Assembly (NCBI GenBank): GCA_045837725.1
Contig: JBEWZL010000276.1
Span: forward strand, 372,001 to 436,000
DNA length: 64,000 nucleotides
Source of the DNA: Vermamoeba vermiformis
Taxonomy: Eukaryota
Direction: 5' to 3'
Shown here: positions 1 to 14,199 of the stretch, piece by piece
Numbering within the stretch: position 1 is the first letter of the stretch
Layout of the letters: each line of letters opens with the position of its first letter
Translations under genes and position numbers: made by a program
Notes under the pieces: generated by a model
What the model was told of the DNA's origin: nothing
Database searches by the model: none
What the model saw: only the letters and a program-made list of their open reading frames with translations

Positions 1-780
1 CACCGCAGTACATGAAGTGGATGATGGGCAAGGTATGCAATTGACGTTTTTAGACATATTGCCTTATTTGGTAACTGATCACGTGCCTGACAGATCACCA
101 AACTTGGCGGCAAATTCGTGCAAGGGCACGTCGAGTCCATTCAAGCGACGATCAACGAGTTCAAGAGCCAGCAAGTGACATGTGTCATCAACTGCCTCGG
201 ACTCGGCGCAGCTAAAGTGCTCGGCGACAAAGAAATGAGCCCTATTCGCGGTGTGCTCGTGCGCGTCAAATTGCCCGAAGGTCATCCCGTGAAACATTTC
301 TACTTTGACGACGAGAACCCTGAAGGCATTGTCTACATCTTCCCGCGCAAAGACGTGTGCATATTGGGTGGCATGGCTGACAAGGGCAACTGGAGCACTG
401 AGGCTCGTCTCGATGAAGTGCAAGGCATTATCAACCGTTGCTTGAAGTTGGAGCCGAAATTGGCTGATGCCACTGTTGTCGATACCTGGTACGTAGCTCA
501 TATAGAAATACAGTAGAATGACCATTTGACTGACATTGCGCGCTAGGGTTGGTTTGAGACCTGGCCGCACTGGTGTTCGCGTCGAGGCTGACACGTCCTA
601 CCAAGGCGCATTAGTCGTGCACAACTACGGTCACGGTGGCAGTGGTGAGTAGTGCCAATGCTATATGATAGGGCTAGTATTAATGTTGGTTGTAACGCAG
701 GTTGGACTGTTCAATTTGGCTGCAGTGAAGAAGTGACCGACATTGTGCAGTCACATTTGAAGCCCAAGAGCAAGCTGTAA
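1..780 (+). CDS. D-amino acid oxidase / D-aspartate oxidase family, 3' part (5' end lies outside the window), peroxisomal
   Basis: Spliced exons give VINCLGLGA, PIRGVLVRV, YIFPR, W-VGLRPGR and VVHNYGHGGSGWTVQFGC. The protein ends KPKSKL-TAA (PTS1). GT-AG introns at about 33-93, 489-546 and 646-700. Confidence 0.9.
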
Positions 781-837
781 TTCATGTTATAGTCTCTATA
801 TCACTATTAAACCACTTTGTAAATTCAAATCAATTGT

Positions 838-3725
838 TTATTTGGTTTTGCTTCGTTTAACTTCCCGTTCTTCTTCGTTGTTTGATTCTGGATCGCGCTT
901 TCGTTTCTTGTCATTTGCAGTGTCATCATTGTTGTTGTTCACTTTATACGTCACAGTAACTTGTTTAATATTGGTGCCGTATCTTCGTCCAACAACAGAG
1001 CTGCGCTGGAACTGTTGCAAAGAGTTATTCAACGCAATCAGATCTGCACTGCTCGCTTGAGGAGGCACGACGACATCTGGCTTAGGCTTTGGTGCCTCTT
1101 TAACCTGTGGAGCATGTGTTGGCTTAGCAGGTGTAGACTTGGGCACGGCAACTTTATCGTCTGATTTCACGGGCGAAGAAGATCGGCCGATGTCACTGGT
1201 AGTCGTCACAATCTTCGCAAACGCGGAGGCTTTAGGAGCCTTTTTCTTATCGTCCTTGCGCTTGTTCTTCGATCCTTTCACTGTACCAACGAGTGGCTCG
1301 TCTTCTTCTTCCTCGGGCACGAGTTCTTGCAAGTTCATCGGCAGTGGCAGCCAGAACGATTTGTACAATTTGATGAGCGTGTAAGGCAGTGTATTTGAGT
1401 AGCTAGTCGGGTTATAAATGTGGTACCTTGATATAATCATGTAGTACTTACAGTGGACACAACACTTCGTCCATGAATGTGCCGAATGAGCCTCGTTGCG
1501 TGAAGTCCATAATCGCTGACACGGACTGCAACAACGTCTTGACTTCTTTGCGTGTCTCTTTTGACATGATCAAGTCCTCTTCTGAACTCTCTGTGCGGTC
1601 TTTGCCGAGCAGTGCTGTGTTCAGTTCAAATCGAATGATCGTTTGTAATAAAAATCTATAACGTGATTAGAAAGATAAATCTAATTTAGGGATAGCACGT
1701 ACATTCTAACTTTGTTTTGCACGTCAACATCTTCCCCGTTGTATTGTTTAGTCAGCTCTTCTAATGACTTGAACAAATGTGATTTCACGGCCTTGGTAAC
1801 CTCTTTAACGCCCTTTGTCGTCACTGCATGTCTGATGCACACGGATAATTGGCGCTCTACATGTGAAACATTGGTGTCCGTACAAAATCGCTCAAAGTTG
1901 CTCGTCAGAAAAGACTTGAGATCTTTGAAGGCAGGGAAGTCAAACACCATTTGATCGTTCGTAGCGTTGTCACTCATCTCTTTCAATAAGGTCTTGCTGC
2001 TCTTAGTGCCGCGTTGTTGCGGTGCTAATTGTACTACTTTGCTGGATGATTTAGTGAGCTTCGTGTTGCCGTGAAGAATATCATCTACATCGTCGTTCTC
2101 GGGCTTGTCGTTCTTTGATTTCTCCGAGAGCGCTGCCACGTGCTTAGTGCTTAATTTGGCAAAATAATCGACGCGCTTTTTCAGCTCTGCTTTGTCCGTG
2201 TCCAGTGTGACTTTTGATTGTTTTTGATTGCAGGCTTTAGTAACTTGAGACTTGAATTTGTCCAGCACGGGTTGTACAATGGCCCTAAGCACATTAGTAT
2301 GGTGCAGGTTTCGAGGGGGAATGAACTTACAAGAGCGAGGTGACCGGTCGCAGAACTACCATGAACGGTGACTCGACGCCAGTGACTTCAGCAACAATAC
2401 AAGCACGCTGATGCAACGCGCTGAGTACTTGAGCTAGCAGTGGGTCTTCATTGCTGACGTTCTCGAATGAGCACAACAATTGTTCGCGTGTCACCCAATC
2501 AGCGCCCACTGACGTCTGTTTCGCTAGACCTTTGAATACAAGGGATGTTGTTTCTTCAGTTTGTTTCGCACGTGATTTCTTGGCAGTGGACTTGGCGGTT
2601 GTTTTAATGGCTTTTTTGACGGTCCATTGATTGCGTAACTCTTCGGATAACTCGTCGGCCAGTGACATGACGGTAACTTTCTCGTTCAAGACTTGATCTT
2701 CGTGCATGAACTTGCCCTCCCACAAATGGTCCTTGGCAGTGTCGTGCAATAGGGCTTCAAGAACGGGCAAGAGACGCGAGCCATACTGCATGACTTCGAT
2801 GGGAACCACGTGACCATCCATTCCTGCCACGACTGATTTGAAAAGTGCAAGGCCTTTGTGATCTTGGGCCATCTATATTGCGTAAGAAATAATCAGACAT
2901 TTTTATGTCCTTACCTTGGAGGCATCGAACTCGTCACCTGGGCCAAAGTTAATCTCAAAGGCGCCAGGCAGAATGTGACGACTGTCAATGAAGTGTGCAC
3001 CAATGTTGTACTTAGATAGCAAAGTAGACAAGCCACTATCGTCCACGAATAATTGATTCAATTTCTTTTGTGTTCGTACTTGGATTTGCTTTGCTGTTGG
3101 TGCTTCGTCGTCCTCGTACATTGCGTTGTCATTCATTAGTGCTTGATATAACTCTAAGCTATGTGTAGGTAGAGGTGTTATAGTCCATATTTCAAAAATG
3201 CTGTCTGTTGTAGTTTCTTTGGCATCTGTTGCGAGCTGATCCAGCTTGAAATCTGTTATAGCTTGACGAATTGTCGTGTCTATTCGCTGTAAATAGCTTT
3301 TAATCGCTTGCTTTTTGGGTTTCTTTTGCTTTAATAAGCTCTCTAACTCTTTGTCGAATAAATCCAGACCAGAGAAGGCATCAAGCGATCGCCGGTCCAG
3401 TTGCGTAGAGACAGTCTGAGAATTAAAAAATTTCCACCTTAAATATACGCGTTAATTAATATCTATTATTGCAGTTATTGTCACCGTTGTAATTTAAAAA
3501 TAATGGCGCGAATTAATTAATCTTCGCTTTACAGGAAATAAAGGGATTATATAAGCGAGAACTTACCCCCATTCCAATGATTTGCATGTCTTTAAGTAGC
3601 CAGTTATTATTCGTAAAATAGATAGCTTGAGACTCTCGTTCAAGAATCCACTTCTGATCTGCAGAGAGCTCAGGCAAGAAGTTGAAGTTGATATCGACTA
3701 AAAATACTATAGATATATGTGACAT
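838..3725 (-). CDS. Treslin/TICRR (Sld3)-like DNA replication initiation factor, multi-exon, with one apparent frameshift near the 5' end
   Basis: The N-terminus MSHISIVFLVD...ESLKLSILRIITGY...EWGWKFFNSQ resembles the Treslin vWA-like start (KVMLLLD...LRLLTYL...HWAFKFFDSQ). The spliced core HLFKSLEEL...NKVRIFLLQTIIRFEL...EVKTLLQSVS...TLPYTLIKLYKSFWLPLPMNL resembles the Sld3/Treslin domain. A basic NLS-like tail follows. Comparison is from memory. Confidence 0.65.
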
Positions 3726-4209
3726 ATTTACATGTAATAAGAAAATGGTCGGTAAGAAATTTGGGTTGAAAAAATCGTCCGAACCGCGGGAATCGGAGGG
3801 TTGCTAATTACTCACTTAGGTAAGAGGAGGTGCAAAGCAGCAAAAGCTTATAGAAAAAGGCATCAGGCCACAAATGATGTTCCCCGAGCTCATCATTGAG
3901 ATATAGATTTCCGGATGTAAGGCCCTGAATCAGCCTGGTTGGATAATCCGTGGTACGTTCCGACTAACTAACGAAAGCGAGTCCCATGGTTTGCATAGTA
4001 CCTGCATTATCAAAGTAAATTACGCGGCAGCTGGTATGTCGACAATAATCTCCACGTTATCTCGAGGTTAAGTTCTGCGGTGAAAGAATTGTTGGTTAAT
4101 TAACCTCGGTTCTGAGCACTAGCACAATCAAAAAGTTGTACTATTGATATTAACAGCGGACACATAAATGATAGCAGTCAAAGCAAATTGATAGATCTAG
4201 CAAGTTCCG

Positions 4210-7200
4210 ATGAGGTAAGAACTCAGTTCCGTTGTGCACAAACTTTGAAAAATCACCAATGTATATGAAATTTGTAATTGTATAATAATATAAGCGGCAG
4301 ATTTGCGCTTAATATACGCCCGATGGTTAAATGTAATTTTTGTAACGGAAAAAAAATAATATTTATTATTGATCTCCCTAATTATAAATAATTAATCAAT
4401 TATTTTATAGCGACAGCGTATATTTAGTTGAACCAACATCCGGATGGGTGTTTGAGGACGGAACGGAATTCGATCGAGAACATGCACCGGACATCTACCA
4501 TGCACCCGTAATTGAAAACAAAGAGCTTGATACGCTTTGGTACTCTCAATATTTTGCATCTCAAGGTACGATTATAATATTACATTTCTTTTTCATTCGT
4601 GCGATGCTAAATTAAGAGCGATCATGAACTTAGGAAATCCGCCGAAAGAAAATAATCAGTTTATTTATCAAACCATTTTATTAACATTTTTATTATTTAT
4701 ATAGAGCATCAAAATTATCTTGGCATCGATGAAAATTATGGACCGTATGCGTTGTCGGTGAAAAAAGAGGAGTCGAATAAACAATATAGAGCTATATTAT
4801 GGCTGAGCGAGGTAATAATAATAATATTACGCATTAATGTTCTAATAATATGCGCATTGAATATGAAATACAGTGAATCAAATATGTGAATTAATATTAA
4901 TTGCAATTAACTCGTGCAGGGCGCACAGACATTACTCATTCCATTAAAAGAAGCAAAACAGACAATAGGACCGAGCGATATATTAAAAAAGATGAATCCT
5001 AATCTCAGAAAGAAACTACGGATAGTTACAGAACCAGAAATCCAAAAGGAGTTAATTTCACTAGAAGAACAAACGAGGGTAAAAATAGAACATTAATGCG
5101 CATTTGAGCGGCTATTAATAGCATCATATTTGAAGGCTAAGCGGTATTACTCGTTTGGTGTATTATATGCCCGCAATGGACAAACACGCGAAGAGGAAAT
5201 GTTCCGAAATAGTAAGTTACAATCTCTCAGTATTATTTATAGCTTGTACTTATATAATATTACAAGGGACGGCAAGCCCCGAGTTTGACAAGTTTCTGAG
5301 TTTATTAGGCGATAAAGTAACGCTGAAAGGATGGAATAGATTCGCGGGAGGATTGGACCTAAAAAGTATGGAGTTGAAGAGGAGCTATTCGGAGCTGTAC
5401 TAATGATATGAATTATAGGCGATCGATCGGGCAAATATTCCATATTTACACAGTTCAGCGATTACGAGATTATGTTCCACGTCTCAACTTTGTTACCATT
5501 TGAGGAGAGTGACCCGCAGCAGATTGAACGGAAGAAACATATTGGCAATGATATCGTAGTGATTATATTCCAAGACGAAGATTGCAGCACACCGTGGGAC
5601 CCTCTGACAATTTCTTCACGGTTCAATCGTAAGCTTAAAATTATCGCAATTTAATTTTTGTAATACAAGCTAACACGCACGCAGATATTTATGCCATTGT
5701 ACGTCCCGTGCAAGGAGGATATAGGTAAGTAATATGAAGCTAATACGAAGGTTATCCTAACGCATGCCATTAGGGTGAACATTTCAAGGCGTGAAACAGT
5801 CAATCCTTATGGCCCGCCATTGCCGAACCCACCTGTGTTCGAAGAACATGTTTTCAAGACATTCTTGCTCGCCAAATGTAAGATCTAGTTGCCGGTTACT
5901 TATTAATACTAACACTAAATGACTTCTGAAGTAATCAACGGTGAACGAGAAACAATTCGATCAGTGCCTGACTTCAAAACAAGTTCAATTTCACAGTCGT
6001 ACTTGTCGACAATATACAGGAATTATTACCAATCAGCGGGCAAAATCAAGAAGGGACTAGCGAATTCAGCCAGCATGCCTGGCAGTACCAATAACAGCCC
6101 GCCAGCCCAACAGCTGCGGTTCAGCGATCACATGACCCTGTCCCGAAGTGACTCAGGCGGTGTTGTGGCATTTCAATCACAGAACGCCGTGTTTACTGTG
6201 AAACAAATGTTTGAGAACTTTGACAAAGAAATTTTGTGCGCTAACACATGGGGTACGTACAACGAGAGCTCGATCAAAATAGTTTCAAACGCTAATGAAC
6301 ATAACGATAGAAAATCGTATCGTGTTTGGTACTCCGGATGGATTGTATATATTTGACCCCACTCGTGGTGCCTCACTCGACCGACAGATTTACCAAGTGA
6401 ATACGAGGACACAGAAGTACACTCATTACTTGCAGATGAATATTATTCCGCAACTTGGCATTTTGGTAGCACTTACAGGTACGGCCGTCCTGAGCTTAAT
6501 CTTAGTACGACAATAGTGCTAATGTGTTTGAATAGCCAAAGCAGGAATATTCATTTACGACCTGAGCAGCATGCAAGATGAGGTCAATGGTCCGCACGAG
6601 TTCAGAGTGCCTAAAACAAAGAATGTACATTATTACGCCTTGGGCTCGTTCACTAGCGAACAGTCGCTCTTCTTGTGTTGTTGCAGCGGCAAAGAAATTC
6701 ACCTCTATCGCTGGGAGAATGACGCATTTGTCCGCGTGCAGACGTTTGTCATGCCTGATGTGCCGAAGGTCGTGGACTTTTGGGGCGAGAGTCTAGTCGT
6801 TGGTCTGCCTCGCGAGTACGCACTGCTGGACATCAACAGCTCCACGCTGCTCTCGCTGTATCAATGCAAGGGCACCGACATGACACCACTCGACGTCGTT
6901 ACCCTCGAGTCCGAGCTGTTCTTGTGCTTCAACAGTACGTAGCCAGTGTTAGTGCCATGCGAATCTAACCACTCTCTATGATCAGATATGGGTGTGTTCA
7001 TCACCGCCGACGGAAAGAAGTCACGTGGTTATGACATTGTGTGGGGCGCTGTTCCGCATCAATTTGGTACGCTAACTGCGCTATATTAGAGTATTAGACT
7101 AACACTCGCTCTCAGTATATGTATTCCCTTATATTCTAGCCTTCACACCCAAGTGTATTGAAGTCAGGTCGATGGTGAACGGCAGTTTGATTCAGACAAT

Positions 7201-7871
7201 TATTTTGGACAAACAGACGGATCACATTCAGTTCTTGACCTCCACCAATGGTCTTTTCTTCTCCATTAAGTACGTACTCCAACACTTTACCTGTCCCGCG
7301 TGCTAATTTACCATCGTTGCAGACTTTCACAGCCCCAGGCTGTTAAGGGCACGAGCTCAGCGCTGTATCAATTGCGGCTGCAAGGACCACCGCCCAACAG
7401 ACGGTCCAAGTCCCCGACTTCGAGCTTGACCCTCAACTCGCGCACTTTCAAGCGACGCACGATCAGCAGTCCGACATTGGCTGCTGCTCTCAAAGAACAA
7501 GAGCTCGCTGAGCAGTACGTGTCTAGCTTACTAATGATGTGTTTGTCGTTGTTAACACGTTGTTTTCGTGCAGGCGAGGAGCGTTGCCGGGCATTAGGGA
7601 GCGCAAGTCAGAGCGTGAATTGGTGCCGGAGCCCAGTCCGAAGATGATCAGCACATCCAGGTCTGCTGACAACTCGAACTCGGAGAAAGATTCTAACTCT
7701 GAGACCGATCTCGCCGCGAGATTTTTGATCGCTCGCAAAACTCACGGCCGAAGACCATCAAATTCGAAGCCGCAGATCGGACAGAGAAGCAGCTCAGCTG
7801 AATCACGTGATTCTATGATGTCGAGCTCTAATCAGAATAATAACTCACCGAGCTCGACGATGGAAGAATAG
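4210..7871 (+). CDS. Rap/Ran-GAP domain + CNH domain protein (GARNL3-like)
   Basis: RapGAP motifs [39 protein letters not shown] and [11 protein letters not shown]...[19 protein letters not shown], followed by a CNH-like beta-propeller region and a Ser-rich tail. The ATG at 4210 is the in-frame start in the exon preceding the 4411 exon. Confidence 0.85.
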
Positions 7872-7994
7872 CCATATTTAACTCTTTGTATTCTATCAAC
7901 TGTGTATTGTAAATATAAATTGCGCCAGAAATTGTAGTAACTTTTGTGCGGTTGATCCAGCAGTATTATTTTTAAGTTAAATACGCGCAACAAC

Positions 7995-9494
7995 ATGTCG
8001 CAAGGTAAAATTGAAACAGCAGAGATTGAAGCTGTCAGTGATGGCGGATCTGACGTGCTTGAGCCTGATGCAGGCCCAGATCTTGAAACAGATAATCAAG
8101 GTTCTAGCAGCGATGAAGAACAAGAAAACGCTAGCATGGAAGTTGAGGAATCACAAAATAATAATAACGACGGAAGTGGTGAAGAGTAAGTTAACAGATT
8201 CAAATCTCGATCGCAAAAATTCGCTGATTTTAATTATTAATAATTTACAGTAGAATTATAAGTTGATAAATAGGCGAATTAATTAAGGATCGATATTGAC
8301 ATTAATTTATTATTGGATCTGATCGCGGATTTGGATTTGCTTTACTAATTGTTATAATTTAATTATGATAGAGAGGACGAAGAAAGCGAAGAAGAGGAAG
8401 AAGATAAATTCGTGCCCGTAGATGCAAAGGGTCCTGTAACGCTTTCTGATATTGAGAGCGAAGATGTCGAACTCTGGTTGTTGAAAGTGCCTCAAAACGT
8501 AAGAAATATTCTATAAAATATCCATTAATATTCCGATAATAATTAATCGAATAACACTTTGTCAAGTTAAGAGATCTAATCACTCCTTTTAGTTTGAGGT
8601 CGATAAATTTATTGGCACGAAGCACCTTCGATTCCACAAAGTACCGCACACAGACGGTGAATTAGCGACAGTTGCAGTGCCTCACGACGATAAAGAGCGA
8701 AATTATTCGATTGTCTCTGCAGATCCCATCGAGTTTCAAACACTTGTCAATGTATTCCCCGGCAAGGATAGCAACAAGAAGCGACGACTATTACTAGGTA
8801 CTGTCGGATACATTACACATTATAGCTTGTTATAGCTCTAATCTAACGCTATATTAGGCAAACCATTCACGAAGATGTTGACTTTCGTAGAAAAAATTGA
8901 CGTTAAAATTGAAAAGAAGCAATCTGAAGCAGATATGCTGCGCAGACAAGCACCTGTACAGCCTGAAAAACTATACGTTCGATATGTCCCGCCTGGTGCT
9001 AGTACGTGAATAGTTGTTACTCAAGATGTGTTATTAACGTACTTGTCATAGAGCGTCCTGAAGAGGTGCCCAATCCGATTTTATCGAAGCGCAAACGCGA
9101 GAGTGAGAATGACACGCCGAACAAAAAGGCAAAGACATCAGCACGTGACACACCAAACAAGGGCAGTGCGAGTGAAAGTGGTGTGTTTAAGACCCCTGAG
9201 CCCGTTGCTCGTAAGAAATCATCGTCGAACATGAAGGACGGATCCACCCAAAGCAGCAACACTTCACCGACCAAGACGGTTGAATCAACGAGCGAGAAGA
9301 AAGACAAGGCTAATGAGAGTGCGAAGAAAGACAAAAAAGATAAGAAAGACAAGTCGTCGAAGGACAACATGGATGTGGATGAGTCACCCAAGAAAAAAGA
9401 CAAAGAGAACAAGTCTGAAGACGATACACCGACCTCTAGCCCGACCAAAAAAGACAAAAAACGAAAACACAAGAGCGACAAGAAGGACAAATAG
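7995..9494 (+). CDS. RNA polymerase I subunit RPA34/PAF49-like
   Basis: Acidic N-terminus, ELWLLKVPQNF motif, PVQPEKLYVRYVPPG motif and Lys-rich KKDK tail, as in A34.5/POLR1G. Confidence 0.7.
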
Positions 9495-9590
9495 AGTTGT
9501 AAGTTTAATATAAAGAAAAGTAATTGCTAACGAAACAAAAAATGGAATGGTTCAAAGTTATTTTCCATTTTGCTAGTCAGCTTGAATTGA

Positions 9591-10979
9591 CTAACAGAGG
9601 CCCAACAAAATCAAAGCACTGATTGAAAAGCCAATGATCGTTGAGGCGTCACTAACAGAGTTAGGCGAGGGCGTTTTGGTGCCCATAGGAGGAGTGCTAG
9701 GTACGACCACGTCCGTTGGAGCTGCGGTAGGAGTTGTAGGCGCGGCGACAGGAGGCACTAGCGCTGAACGAGGTAGCGTGAAGAATCGGATGGAGTACGT
9801 GCAACAATCGATTTTTGGGCCGAAAGTCACGATGAGATCAGTGTCAGACACACCAACAGCCACGCCCAACAAGCCTACTTCAGGCGATGAGAGGCGCGCA
9901 ATAGGCGTCCACACGTTACTCTGGCGCTGCAATATCACAGGGAGTCCCGTGGGTTCTGTAGTGTCAGGTCCTCCGCGCTTGTTGGTTGCAGCGGGCACTG
10001 CGTACGGTGCACCAACGAGCAGCGTGTCGCGGTCAATAACAGCGAATGATCGAGTGCCCAGATAGGGACTGCGAGTCGTGCTGAAACCAAACTCTTCGCC
10101 AGTGACCACTTGCAGCACCCACTGGTCGTTGACTTTCGTGTAGATGACGAGGTATCCCTGAACCTGTGATCCGGTTGGCTGAGCGTTAGGAAATGCAAAC
10201 ACAACAGTGTCTGCATCATTTGAATACAAGTAGTATTGATTGTCGCCGTAAATGAGAGACGTGTTGAAAGGAAAGCTGTCAGTCTGCAGCCAGGATTTGT
10301 CCGATTGGCGCGTGAAGATGAACGTGTGAAATGTGCCGTTATGACATATGATGAGGTTGTCGCTGATCCATATTGATTTCTGAGGATAAGCGCTGTGGTC
10401 ACAATCGGCATCCAGGGTTGGACCTGCGGACCAAGTTGAGTTGTCCTCGTCGAACAAATACGAGGAGAAGCCGCTGGCTGTAGCATAGACCAGGGTGCTG
10501 TCTGAAAGAAGGGCAGCATAATTGGAGTCCGATATCTCTAATGACGTTTGATTGACAGGCTGAAAATCCGCATCCAGTTGAAAAAGGTTCGCTACTGGAG
10601 CAGCAAAAGGAACTCCACCAAACCATTTGCCATTGTTGAATACAGTTGTTGAAAAAGATCCTGCTACTTCCGCAACTTTAAAGTATTGGCCAGCTTCCTG
10701 TTTGAATACCAAATACGGGTAAGCGTTGTCTAACCACGCACCAACCAAAATCGTGTCTTGATGAACGGCCATCGGGAGGTTAAGGTCGTTGTTAAAAAGG
10801 AAGCTCTCAGAACTGTTCGTTGGCTGCAGATTCTGGATTAAAAGTTACTAAAACGATTTATCCTGTTATAACATATAATTAACTGTTTCTACTGATTAGT
10901 CACTTACAAGTAGACCATCTACGAAAGACAGTGCAACAGCTATGAGCAACAGATGTTGTAGAATTTTAAGCGCGTTCAT
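9591..10979 (-). CDS. Secreted or GPI-anchored beta-propeller protein with FG-GAP-like repeats
   Basis: Signal peptide exon MNALKILQHLLLIAVALSFVDG. Repeats DTILVGA, DTVVFAFP, DTLLVGAP. P/T-rich stalk and hydrophobic C-terminus (SDASTIIGFSISALILLGLC). Confidence 0.65.
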
Positions 10980-11177
10980 CCTCGAAATTGCAGATTCGTC
11001 CGTGAGTAAAATCAACTGAGCGCACCGACGGTTAGAAAGTTCTTGTCTTGCAGCTATGAACGTTGCAAAACTTCTGGAAGTATAATCTTTTTTTTTTGGT
11101 TTCTGTCTTTTATTTTTGGTGACAGCTGTCAACCAGGACTTGAATCGATATCTCGATGGTTGATGATTCAATTTTTT

Positions 11178-14100
11178 TTATTTTTTGATCAACTCGAGAC
11201 ATATATGGCCGAACTCTGGTCGTACTTTGGGATCAATAGCCAGACATTTCTTAATCAGATCTGCAATCACGGGATCGCAGTTTGCAGGCACAGTGAGTGG
11301 TATTAACTTCTGCGTGCGACATTTAGCCATGTGCGCGTATAATTGTGGTGCATCCATGCCATCAAAGGGCTTCTTGCCCGTCACTAACTCCCACAGGATC
11401 TAACAAGCACATCCATCAGCCACAACTTGGAATCGTATGGCAGCAATGAGTACTTACGACACCGTAGCTGTACACGTCAGATTTCCTCGACACGAGCTTG
11501 GAGTGGTGTTCGCCAAAGAGTTCAGGGGCCAAGAAGGCAGGCGTGCCAAGCACTGACTTTTCAATGGACTGGCCCGTGTCACGTCGCGCGAATCCGAAGT
11601 CAGCGATCTTCACGACCCACTCGCGCTCAGTCTAATTAACAATTAATACGAGACTAGTGATATGATGTTAGTAGGACTCAGTCCCATTGCACTTACCTTC
11701 TTCATCAAAATATTAGCGCTCTTCAGATCACGGTGCAGCACGTTGTACGAGTGCACTTGCTGCATGCCGAATGCAATGCCGTGTGCCACGTGACGAATGA
11801 ACATGGGTGTGAAGAGCGCGTACTGTTCTTTGAGCAGTGTCTCGAGTGTCGTGTCCAACAGTTCGAGCACAAACACGTGATAATTGGTCGGAATGCTGCT
11901 CGACTTGCTGGCGGGCTGGTACGTATAGCCTTTGAATTTCACCATATTTGGAACTACTGGCGAGATCAAGCTGTGTGCGAGATTGAATTAGACAGGTGTC
12001 AAAAGTGTCAAGAGAAATCACGTGACGTACGCCATGGTGACGAGTTCAGTGCGCAGATCTTCGAGCGGGACTTGATTCTCGTCAATGCACTTGATGGCCA
12101 CATTCAACTTCTTGCCTTTGCTCTTCAGTGTGCCGCGATACACCGTGGCAAAAGTACCTGTCGCGAGTCAGTACTTGACAGGCTTGACACGTGCTCGCTG
12201 GTCCGAGTCTCCGTTTGACACTTACCGCTGCCGAGCTTGACGTCAAATGTCAACTTGCTGAGATCCACCTCCTCGTACCACTTGTCGTCCCACTGAAATT
12301 TGCCTTGTTTGGCGTACTTCCACAGCTCGTCAAATGCGCCCTTGGTCAGAATCTCGCGCTTGTAGTGACTGCCTAATTGGGACAATTGCGCCAATTCTTT
12401 TGCTGCTTCAAGTGCTCCAGCGTCTTGGGCCTTCATTTTGGTCACTAATGTGTCAACCCGGGCCATTTCTACGGTACGATTGAGTCAGTGCCGAACAGTG
12501 GTTGACAGGTGTCAAAAATGTCAAAAAGTACCTTTCGGCGTCAAGCGTGGTTCTTCCTTCTTTTTCTTTTTCTTCTTTTCAGGCAGTTTTGTGCCGTCAG
12601 CGTGTTCAGCATCGAGTCCAACGATTTCAACGATGTGACCACCGCCTTCTTTGACAATCAGCTCGCGAATTTGCTCTAAACAAACATTAGCATTAGTGGG
12701 CGAACGGATCGAACATAACTAGCACCGTACCAGACTGCGCCAGTTGTTTGATGGCATGAATAGCTTGTTCTTTGACTTCAGCGGCCTTATTTGTCGTTAA
12801 TTCGATTAAAAATCTCAATCCACCCATCTTCGCAATGGTGATCTGGGCTTGAGCTAAACAAATGTCCGTCAGTACGTTACTAATCGCTATATAGCAATGC
12901 ATAATACATACAACTATTGCTGATGGCTCTTAATATAGCAATTGCGTCTTCTAATGCTCGCACACTTTTGTTTGACTTCAAAATATTGATCATCGATGTA
13001 ATTCCGCCTTCGTTAAATATAATCGTCTTGTTCTTTTCTGCGAAATTTAAATCGTATTAGTATTATACAATACTATAATAACGCCTTTACCATTTACAGC
13101 GAGATTTCTAAGAGTGCTAAGTGCTTCTTCGATCATTTTGGGATTGGTCGATAACAACATTTCTAATAAAGGCTGAACACCTCCTTCTTTTGCAACCTGT
13201 TCTTTGTTTGTATCTACAAGCATAATAATAAGCATCAATACTCAAAATAAAGCATTTAAATGGGTCGTAAATATTTGTAACGAGATCTCGGAAATTTAAA
13301 ATTTCAGTTGAATACATCGAAAAAGGTTACTAAATATATTACCGTTCTTAAATGCAAGTACAGTGATGGTAGTAGCAGCCTTCAGCTTGGCTTCTTCATC
13401 TGTGGACTTTAACATGGCCACTAACCACTTGATAGCGCCTTCTTTGCCAATCAACAGCTTATTTGAATCTACAAATACGTCAGTAGTATTAAATATGATA
13501 TATATTTGTAAATTATACGCACCATTTTGATAAGCCAAGTTCTTCAAGGCTGTTGCGGCTGTTTTTTGTGAATTGAGATCTTTTGACTTCAGTAACTCGA
13601 CTAGCGGTTTGATACCATTATTTGTAGCTATAATTTCTTTGGCTTTATCTGTAAATATGAATTAGTGTTAATGATGTGTACGTGCTTTTACGGGATAAGG
13701 GCTGGATCGAACAACAAAAATTAATTAACAAGCAACAAATACATAGCAGTAAATTTGAATAGTAAATGCTCATAATAATATAATTCAAGCAGTATTTAGC
13801 TTAGTAACAGTTAACAAGCACGCGAATGCAATTCAGCAGTGTGAATTGCGAGATAAAAATTATTGTGTCATAATAAATAATGCTAGTATTATTTTATATA
13901 GCTGTGGCATACTATTATTACTGGTACGTTTAAATTAGGTCTAATTACGGCACAGCAAATTTTTTAATTAAATTTAATTAACGGAACACAGATCTGAAGC
14001 TGTTATTACCTTGTTTCATAGCAATTTCCGCTAATTTCGCGGCTGCTTCACGCTTTTGCACATCACTCGTTGTTCTAATACTCAACGCTTGAATGGACGA

Positions 14101-14199
14101 GTGGATGTCCTTGTCTGGCAATTACAGCATCAGTATTGAAGTCAAAACTAATATGACATAATATTTAGTTAATTGCGCTTTCGTACCTACTTCAGCCAT
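11178..14199 (-). CDS. Armadillo-repeat + TKL-type protein kinase
   Basis: ARM repeats (GGVQPLLEML...EEALSTLRNLA) on ~123-126-nt exons. Kinase motifs VKLGSG, HRDLKSANIL, KIADFGFAR, GTPAFLAPE, KSDVYSYG. Confidence 0.85.
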
